Of a stretch of 64,000 bases of DNA, positions 52,701 to 64,000 are shown in pieces. The notes below the pieces were generated by a model that saw only the letters and a program-made list of their open reading frames with translations, did not search any database and was not told the origin of the DNA. The position numbers and the translations under genes are program-made. The stretch lies in the NCBI GenBank assembly GCA_964016885.1, contig OZ024742.1, forward strand, positions 284,642,001-284,706,000, in the 5' to 3' direction. Position 1 is the stretch's first letter, and each line of letters opens with the position of its first letter. Source of the stretch: Eledone cirrhosa (taxonomy: Eukaryota).

Positions 52701-55700
52701 ACTGCAATAGTCAAAATATTAGCTTCAATAGTCAACATATTTACTGCAATATTCAACATATTCACTGCAATAGTCAACATATTCACTGCAATAGTCAACA
52801 TATTCACTGCAATAGTCAACATATTTACTGCAATAGTCAACATATTCACTTCAATAATCAACATATTTACTGCAATAGTCAATATATTTACTGCAATACT
52901 CAACATATTCACTGCAATAGTCAACATATTTACTGCAATATTCAACATATTCACTGCAATGGTCAACATATTTACTGCAATAGTCAATATATTTACTGCA
53001 ATAGTCAACATATTCACTGCAATAATCAACATATTTACTGCAATAGTCAATATATTTACTGCAATAGTCAACATATTCACTTCAATAATCAACATATTTA
53101 CTGCAATAGTCAATATATTTACTGCAATAGTCAACATATTCACTGCAATAGTCAACATATTTACTGCAATATTCAACATATTCACTGCAATAGTCAACAT
53201 ATTTACTGCAATAGTCAATATATTTACTGCAATAGTCAACATATTCACTGCAATAGTCAACATATTTACTGCAATAGTCAACATATTCACTGCAATATTC
53301 AACATATTTACTGCAATAGTCAACATATTCACTGCAATAGTCAACATATTTACTGCAATAGTCAACATGTTTACTGCAATAGACAACATATTCACTGCAA
53401 CAGTCAACATATGTACTGCAATAGTCAACATATTTATTGCAATAGACACCATATTTACTGCAATAGTCAACATATTCACTGCAATAGTCAACATATTTAC
53501 TGCAATAGTCAACATATTTACTGCAATAGTCAACATATTTACTGCAATAGTCAACATTTTTACTGCAATAGACAACATATTTACTGCAATAGTCAATATA
53601 TTTACTGCAATAATCAACATATTTACTGCAATAGTCAACATATTTACTGCAGTAGTCAACATATTTACTGCAATATTCAACATATTAGCTTCAATAGTCA
53701 ACATATTTACTGCAATATTCAACATATTCACTGCAATCGTCAACATATTCACTGCAATAGTCAACATATTCACGCAATAATCAACATATTTACTGCAATA
53801 GTCAACATATTCACTTCAATAATCAACATATTTACTGCAATAGTCAATATATTTACTGCAATAGTCAACATATTCACTGCAATAGTCAACATATTTACTG
53901 CAATATTCAACATATTCACTGCAATAGTTAACATATTTACTGCAATAGTCAATATATTTACTGAAATAGTCAACATATTCACTGCAATAGTCAACATATT
54001 TACTGCAATAGTCAACATATTCACTTCAATAGTCAACATATTCACTGCAATAGTCAACATATTTACTGCAATAGTCAACATATTCGCTTCAATAGTCAAC
54101 ATATTTACTGCAATAGTCAATATATTCACTGCAATAGTCAACATATTCACTGCAATAGTCAATATATTTACTGCAATAGTCAATATATTCACTGCAATAG
54201 TCAACATATTCACTGCAATAGTCAACATATTTACTGCAATAGTCAACATATTCACTGCAATAGTCAACATATTTACTGCAATAGTCAACATATTCACTGC
54301 AATATTCAACATATTTACTGCAATAGTCAACATATTCACTGCAATAGTCAACATATTTACTGCAATAGTCAACATGTTTACTGCAATAGACAACATATTC
54401 ACTGCAATAGTCAACATATTTACTGCAATAGTCAACATATTTACTGCAATAGACACCATATTTACTGCAATAGTCAACATATTCACTGCAATAGTCAACA
54501 TATTTACTGCAATAGACAACATATTTACTGCAATAGTCAACATATTTACTGCAATAGTCAACATATTTACTGCAATAGTCAACATATTTACTGCAATAGA
54601 CAACATATTTACTGCAATAGTCAACATATTTACTGCAATCGTCAACATATTTACTGCAATAGGCAACATATTTACTGAGATATTAAACATATTCACAGCA
54701 ATAGTCAACATATTTACTGCAATAGTCAATATATTTACTGCAATAGTCAACATATTTACTGCAATAGTCAACATATTTACTGCAATAGTCAAACATATTC
54801 ACTGCAATAGTCAACATATTAACTGCAATAGTCAACATATTTACTGCAATAGTCAACATATTTACTGCAATAGTCAACATATTTACTGCAATAGTCAATA
54901 TATTTACTGCAATAGTCAACATATTTACTGCAATAGTCAACATATTTGCTGCAATAGTCAACATATTTACTCCAATAGTCAATATATTTACTGCAATAGT
55001 CAACATATTAGCTTCAATAGTCAACATATTTACTGCAATATTCAACATATTCACTGCAATAGTCAACATATTCACTGCAATAGTCAATATATTTACTGCA
55101 ATAGTCAACATATTTACTGCAATAGTCAACATATTTACTGCAATAGTCAACATATTAGCTTCAATAGTCAACATATTTACTGCAAATATTCAACATATTC
55201 ACTGCAATAGTCAACATATTCACTGCAATAGTCAACATATTCACTGCAATAGTCAACATATTCACTGCAATAGTCAACATATTTACTGCAATAGTCAACA
55301 TATTCACTTCAATAATCAACATATTTACTGCAATAGTCAATATATTTACTGCAATAGTCAACATATTCACTGCAATAGTCAACATATTTACTGCAATATT
55401 CAACATATTCACTGCAATAGTCAACATATTTACTGCAATAGTCAATATATTTACTGCAATAGTCAACATATTCACTGCAATAATCAACATATTTACTGCA
55501 ATAGTCAATATATTTACTGCAATAGTCAACATATTCACTTCAATAATCAACATATTTACTGCAATAGTCAATATATTTACTGCAATAGTCAACATATTCA
55601 CTGCAATAGTCAACATATTTACTGCAATATTCAACATATTCACTGCAATAGTCAACATATTTACTGCAATAGTCAATATATTTACTGCAATAGTCAACAT

Positions 55701-58700
55701 ATTCACTGCAATAGTCAACATATTTACTGCAATAGTCAACATATTCACTGCAATATTCAACATATTTACTGCAATAGTCAACATATTCACTGCAATAGTC
55801 AACATATTTACTGCAATAGTCAACATGTTTACTGCAATAGACAACATATTCACTGCAACAGTCAACATATGTACTGCAATAGTCAACATATTTATTGCAA
55901 TAGACACCATATTTACTGCAATAGTCAACATATTCACTGCAATAGTCAACATATTTACTGCAATAGTCAACATATTTACTGCAATAGTCAACATATTTAC
56001 TGCAATAGTCAACATTTTTACTGCAATAGACAACATATTTACTGCAATAGTCAACATATTTACTGCAATAGTCAACATATTTACTGCAATAGGCAACATA
56101 TTTACTGAGATATTAAACATATTCACTGCAATAGTCAACATATTTACTGCAATAGTCAATATATTTACTGCAATAGTCAACATATTTACTGCAATAGTCA
56201 ACATATTTACTGCAATAGTCAACATATTTACTGCAGTAGTCAACATATTTACTGCAATAGACAACATATTAGCTTCAATAGTCAACATATTTACTGCAAT
56301 ATTCAACATATTCACTGCAATAGTCAACATATTTACTGCAATAGTCAACATATTTACTGCAATAGTCAATATATTTACTGCAATAGTCAACATATTTACT
56401 GCAATAGTCAACATATTTACTGCAATAGTCAACATATTTACTGCAATAGTCAATATATTTACTGCAATAGACAACATATTAGCTTCAATAGTCAACATAT
56501 TTACAGCAATATTCAACATATTCACTGCAATAGTCAACATATTCACTGCAATAGTCAATATATTTACTGCAATAGTCAACATATTTACTGCAATAGTCAA
56601 CATATTTACTGCAATAGGCAACATATTAGCTTCAATAGTCAACATATTTACTGCAAATATTCAACATATTCACTGCAATAGTCAACATATTTACTGTAAT
56701 AGTCAACATATTTACTGCAATAGTCAATATATTTACTGCAATAGTCAACATATTTACTGCAATAGTCAAACATATTCACTGCAATAGTCAACATATTCAC
56801 TGCAATAGTCAACATATTTACTGCAATAGTCAACATATTTACTGCAATAGTCAACATATTAGCTTCAATAGTCAACATATTTACTGCAATAGTCAATATA
56901 TTTACTGCAATAATCAACATATTTACTGCAATAGTCAACATATTTACTGCAGTAGTCAACATATTTACTGCAATATTCAACATATTAGCTTCAATAATCA
57001 ACATATTTACTGCAATATTCAACATATTCACTGCAATCGTCAACATATTCACTGCAATAGTCAACATATTCACTGCAATAATCAACATATTTACTGCAAT
57101 AGTCAACATATTCACTTCAATAATCAACATATTTACTGCAATAGTCAATATATTTACTGCAATAGTCAACATATTCACTGCAATAGTCAACATATTTACT
57201 GCAATATTCAACATATTCACTGCAATAGTTAACATATTTACTGCAATAGTCAATATATTTACTGAAATAGTCAACATATTCACTGCAATAGTCAACATAT
57301 TTACTGCAATAGTCAACATATTCACTTCAATAGTCAACATATTCACTGCAATAGTCAACATATTTACTGCAATAGTCAACATATTCGCTTCAATAGTCAA
57401 CATATTTACTGCAATAGTCAACATATTTACTGCAATAGTCAACATATTTACTGCAATAGTCAACATATTTACTGCAATAGTCAACATATTTACTGCAATA
57501 GTCAACATATTTACAGCAATATTCAACATATTCACTGCAATAGTCAACATATTTACTGCAATAGTCAATATATTTACTGCAATAGTCAACATATTTACTG
57601 CAATAGTCAACATATTTACTGCAATAGGCAACATATTAGCTTCAATAGTCAACATATTTACTGCAAATATTCAACATATTCACTGCAATAGTCAACATAT
57701 TTACTGTAATAGTCAACATATTTACTGCAATAGTCAATATATTTACTGCAATAGTCAACATATTTACTGCAATAGTCAAACATATTCACTGCAATAGTCA
57801 ACATATTCACTGCAATAGTCAACATATTTACTGCAATAGTCAACATATTTACTGCAATAGTCAACATATTAGCTTCAATAGTCAACATATTTACTGCAAT
57901 AGTCAATATATTTACTGCAATAATCAACATATTTACTGCAATAGTCAACATATTTACTGCAGTAGTCAACATATTTACTGCAATATTCAACATATTAGCT
58001 TCAATAGTCAACATATTTACTGCAATATTCAACATATTCACTGCAATCGTCAACATATTCACTGCAATAGTCAACATATTTACTGCAATAGTCAACATAT
58101 TTACTGCAATAGTCAACATATTTACTGCAATAGTCAACATATTTACTGCAATAATCAAACATATTCACTGCAATAGTCAACATATTCACTGCAATAGTCA
58201 ACATATTTACTGCAATAGTCAACATATTTACTGCAATAGTCAACATATTTACTGCAGTAGTCAACATATTTACTGCAATAGTCAACATATTAGCTTCAAT
58301 AGTAAACATATTTACTGCAATATTCAACATATTCACTGCAATAGTCAACATATTTACTGCAATAGTCAACATATTTACTGCAATAGTCAATATATTTACT
58401 GCAATAGTCAACATATTTACTGCAATAGTCAACATATTTACTGCAATAGTCAATATATTTACTGCAATAGTCAACATATTTACTACAATAGTCAACATAT
58501 TTACTGCAATAGTCAAACATATTCACTGCAATAGTCAACATATTCACTGCAATAGTCAACATATTTACTTCAATAGTCAACATATTTACTGCAATAGTCA
58601 ACATATTTACTGCAGTAGTCAACATATTTACTGCAATAGTCAACATATTAGCTTCAATAGTCAACATATTTACTGCAATATTCAACATATTCACTGCAAT

Positions 58701-61700
58701 AGTCAACATATTTACTGCAATAGTCAACATATTTACTGCAATAGTCAATATATTTACTGCAATAGTCAACATATTTACTGCAATAGTCAAACATATTCAC
58801 TGCAATAGTCAACATATTCACTGCAATAGTCAACATATTCACTGCAATAGTCTACATATTTACTGCAATAGTCAACATATTAACATCAATAGTAAACATA
58901 TTTACTGCAATAGTCAATATATTTACTGCAATAGTCAACATATTCACTGCAATAGTCAACATATTTACTGCAATATTCAACATATTCACTGCAATAGTCA
59001 ACATATTTACTGCAATAGTCAATATATTCACTTCAATAGTCAACATATTCACTGCAATAGTCAACATATTTACTGCAATAGTCAACATATTCACTGCAAT
59101 AGTCAACATATTCACTGCAATAGTCAATATATTTACTGCAATAGTCAATATATTCACTGCAATAGTCAACATATTCACTGCAATAGTCAACATATTCACT
59201 GCAATAGTCAACATATTTACTGCAATAGTCAACATATTCACTGCAATAGTCAACATATTCACTGCAATAGTTAACATATTTACTGCAATAGTCAACATAT
59301 TTACTGCAATAGTCAACATAATTACTGCAATAGACAACATATTTACTGAAATAGTCAACATATTTACTGCAATAGTCAATATATTTACTGCAATAGTCAA
59401 CATATTTACTGCAATTGTCAACATATTTACTGCAATAGTCAAACATATTCACTGCAATAGTCAACATATTCACTGCAATAGTCAACATATTTACTGCAAT
59501 AGTCAACATATTAACTGCAATAGTGAACATATTTACTGCAATAGTCAACATATTTACTGCAATAGTCAACATATTTACTGCAATAGTCAACATATTAGCT
59601 TCAATAGTAAACATATTTACTGCAATATTCAACATATTCACTGCAATAGTCAACATATTTACTGCAATAGTCAACATATTTTCTGCAATAGTCGATATAT
59701 TTACTGCAATAGTCAACATATTTACTGCAAATATTCAACATATTCACTGCAATAGTCAACATATTTACTGCAATAGTCAACATATTTACTGCAATAGTCA
59801 ATATATTTACTGTAATAGTCAACATATTCACTGCAATAGTCAACATATTCACTGCAATAGTCAACATATTTACTTCAATAGTCAACATATTTACTGCAAT
59901 AGTCAAAATATTTGCTGCAGTAGTCAACATATTTACTGCAATAGTCAACATATTAGCTTCAATAGTCAACATATTTACTGCAATATTCAACATATTCACT
60001 GCAATAGTCAACATATTTACTGCAATAGTCAATATATTTACTGCAATAGTCAACATATTTACTGCAATAGTCAACATATTTACTGCAATACTCAACATAT
60101 TTACTGCAATAGGCAACATAATTACTGCAATAGTCAACATATTTACTTCAATAGTCAACATATTTACTGCAATAGTCAAAATATTTGCTGCAGTAGCCAA
60201 CATATTTACTGCAATAGTCAACATATTAGCTTCAATAGTCAACATATTTACTGCAATATTCAACATATTCACTGCAATAGTCAACATATTTTCTGCAATA
60301 GTCAAACATATTCACTGCAATAGTCAACATATTCACTGCAATAGTCAACATATTCACTGCAATAGTCTACATATTTACTGCAATAGTCAACATATTAACT
60401 TCAATAGTCAACATATTTACTGCAATAGTCAATATATTTACTGCAATAGTCAACATATTCACTGCAATAGTCAACATATTTACTGCAATATTCAACATAT
60501 TCACTGCAATAGTCAACATATTTACTGCAATAGTCAATATATTTACTGCAATAGTCAACATATTCATTGCAATAGTCAACATATTTACTGCAACAGTCAA
60601 CATATTCACTTCAATAGTCAACATATTCACTGCAATAGTCAACATATTTACTGCAATAGTCAACATATTCGCTTCAATAGTCAACATATTTACTGCAATA
60701 GTCAACATATTCACTGCAATAGTCAACATATTCACTGCAATAGTCAATATATTTACTGCAATAGTCAATATATTCACTGCAATAGTCAACATATTCACTG
60801 CAATAGTCAACATATTTACTGCAATAGTCAACATATTCACTGCAATAGTCAACATATTTACTGCAATAGTCAACATATTCACTGCAATATTCAACATATT
60901 TACTGCAATAGTCAGCATATTCACTGCAATAGTCAACATATTTACTGCAATAGTCAACATGTTTACTGCAATAGACAACATATTCACTGCAATAGTCAAC
61001 ATATTTACTGCAATAGTCAACATATTTACTGCAATACACAACATATTTACTGCAATAGACAACATATTTACTGCAATAGTCAACATATTAACTGCAATAG
61101 TCAGCATATTCACTGCAATAGTCAATATATTTACTGCAATAGTCAACATATTTACTGCAATAGTCAACATAATTACTGCAATAGACAACATATTTACTGC
61201 AATAGTCAACATATTTACTGCAATAGTCAATATATTTACTGCAATAGTCAACATATTTACTGCAATTGTCAACATATTTACTGCAATAGTCAAACATATT
61301 CACTGCAATAGTCAACATATTCACTGCAATAGTCAACATATTTACTGCAATAGTCAACATATTCACTGCAATAGTCAACATATACACTGCAATAATCAAC
61401 ATATTTACTGCAATAGTCAATATATTTACTGCAATAGTAAACATATTTACTGCAATAGTCAACATATTTACTGCAATAATCAACATATTTACTGCAATAG
61501 TCAATATATTTACTGCAATAGTCAACATATTTACTGCAATAGTCAACATATTTACTGCAATAGTCAACATATTTAGTGCAATAGGCAACATAATTACTGC
61601 AATATTCAACATATTCACTGCAATAGTCAACATATTTACTGCAATAGTCAATATATTTACTGCAATAGTCAACATATTTACTGCAATAGTCAACATATTT

Positions 61701-64000
61701 ACTGCAATAGTCAAACAGATTCACTGCAATAGTCAACATATTCACTGCAATAGTCAACATATTTACTGCAATAGTCAACATATTTACTGCTATAGTCAAC
61801 ATATTTACTGCAATATTCAACATATTCACTGCAATAGTCAACATGTTTACTACAATATTCAACATATTTACTGCAATAGTCAATATATTTACTGCATTAG
61901 TCAACATACTTACTGCAATAGTCAACATATTTACTGCAATATTCAACATATTCACTGCAATAGTGAACATGTTTACTACAATAGTCAACATATTTACTGC
62001 AATAGTCAAACATATTCACTGCAATAGTCAACATATTCACTGCAATAGTCAACATATTCACTGCAATAGTCAACATATTTACTGCAATAGTCAACATATT
62101 CACTTCAGTAGTCAACATATTTACTCCAATAGTCAATATATTTACTGCAATATTCAACATATTCACTGCAATAGTCAACATATTTACTGCAATAGTCAAC
62201 ATATTCACTTCAATAGTCAACATATTCACTGCAATAGTCAACATATTTACTGCAATAGTCAACATATTCGCTTCAATAGTCAACATATTTACTGCAATAG
62301 TCAACATATTCACTGCAATAGTCAACATATTCACTGCAATAGTCAATATATTTACTGCAATAGTCAATATATTCACTGCAATATTCAACATATTTACTGC
62401 AATAGTCAATATATTTACTGCAATAGTCAATATATTCACTGCAATAGTCAACATATTTACTCCAATAGTCAACATATTTACTGCAATAGTCAACATATTT
62501 ACTGCAATAGTCAAACATATTCACTGCAATAGTCAACATATTTACTGCAATAGTCAATATATTTACTGCAATAGTCAATATATTTACTGCAATAGTCAAC
62601 ATATTTACTGCAATAGTCAACATATTTACTGCAATAGTCAACATATTTACTGCAATAGTCAACATATTAGCTTCAATAGTCAACATATTTACTGCAAATA
62701 TTCAACATATTCACTGCAATAGTCAACATATTTACTGCAATAGTCAACATATTTACTGCAATAGTCAACATATTTACTGCAATAGTCAACATATTTACTG
62801 CAATAGTCAAACATATTCACTGCAATAGTCAACATATTCACTGCAATAGTCAACGTATTTACTGCAATAGTCAACAGATTTACTGCAATAGTCAACATAT
62901 TTACTGCAGTAGTCAACATATTTACTGCAATAGTCAACATATTAGCTTCAATAGTAAACATATTTACTGCAATATTCAACATATTCACTGCAATAGTCAA
63001 CATATTTACTGCAATAGTCAACATATTTACTGCAATAGTCAATATATTTACTGCAATAGTCAACATATTTACTGCAAATATTCAACATATTCACTGCAAT
63101 AGTCAACTTATTTACTGCAATAGTCAACATATTTACTGCAATAGTCAATATATTTACTGCAATAGTCAACATATTTACTACAATAGTCAACATATTTACT
63201 GCAATAGTCAAACATATTCACTGCAATAGTCAACATATTCACTGCAATAGTCAACATATTTACTTCACTAGTAAACATATTTACTGCAATAGTCAACATA
63301 TTTACTGCAGTAGTCAACATATTTACTGCAATAGTCAACATATTAGCTTCAATAGTCAACATATTTACTGCAAATATTCAACATATTCACTGCAATAGTC
63401 AACATATTTACTGCAATAGTCAACATATTTACTGCAATAGTCAACATATTTACTGCAATAGTCAACATATTTACTGCAATAGTCAAACATATTCACTGCA
63501 ATAGTCAACATATTCACTGCAATAGTCAACGTATTTACTGCAATAGTCAACAGATTTACTGCAATAGTCAACATATTTACTGCAGTAGTCAACATATTTA
63601 CTGCAATAGTCAACATATTAGCTTCAATAGTAAACATATTTACTGCAATATTCAACATATTCACTGCAATAGTCAACATATTTACTGCAATAGTCAACAT
63701 ATTTACTGCAATAGTCAATATATTTACTGCAATAGTCAACATATTCACTGCAATAATCAACATATTTACTGCAATATTCAACATATTCACTGCAATAGTC
63801 AACATATTTACTGCAATAGTCAATATATTTACTGCAATAGTCAACATATTCATTGCAATAGTCAACATATTTACTGCAATAGTCAACATATTCACTTCAA
63901 TAGTCAACATATTCACTGCAATAGTCAACATATTTACTGCAATAGTCAACATATTCGCTTCAATAGTCAACATATTTACTGCAATAGTCAACATATTCAC
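34755..64000. repeat. 21-bp satellite array, consensus CAATAGTCAACATATT(T/C)ACTG; more than 29 kb, about 1,400 copies, continues past window end
   Basis: Direct observation. Recurrent variant monomers and occasional +1/-1 indels. Confidence 0.99.

Noticed and set aside
34686-64000. Dozens of long ORFs of (MLTIAVN)n, (IFTAIVN)n and (QHIYCNS)n
   Set aside because: By-products of a 21-bp unit lacking stops in several frames. They are open on both strands and broken by random +1/-1 indels.

Overview
This is an AT-rich, repeat-dominated eukaryotic window with no recognisable host gene. The SINE-like fragments and microsatellite style suggest a cephalopod such as octopus (inference). 1-8.0 kb: a head-to-tail stack of four minus-strand L1/Tx1-type LINEs, one near full length, joined through AATAAA-GAAATA-(TATC)n tails. 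8.0-30.3 kb: (TA)n microsatellites carrying Penelope-like elements (PLEs) and small non-coding inserts. By hand-folding I find 12 type I hammerhead ribozyme (HHR) motifs from 6 unrelated sequence families, plus one degenerate seventh family. They occur in a 310-bp tandem retrozyme-like repeat, a 541-bp unit, two fold-back palindromes and two RT/GIY-YIG PLE families. All have a very short palindromic or near-palindromic stem III, the dimer-dependent HHR form. Also present are decayed RTE and R4/Dong-like LINEs, SINE fragments, a non-autonomous Helitron and a 30-bp minisatellite with a 210-bp higher-order repeat. From about 34.75 kb to the end lies a 21-bp satellite (about 1,400 copies) with kb-scale block duplications. 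All structure calls are manual; no searches or folding programs were run.
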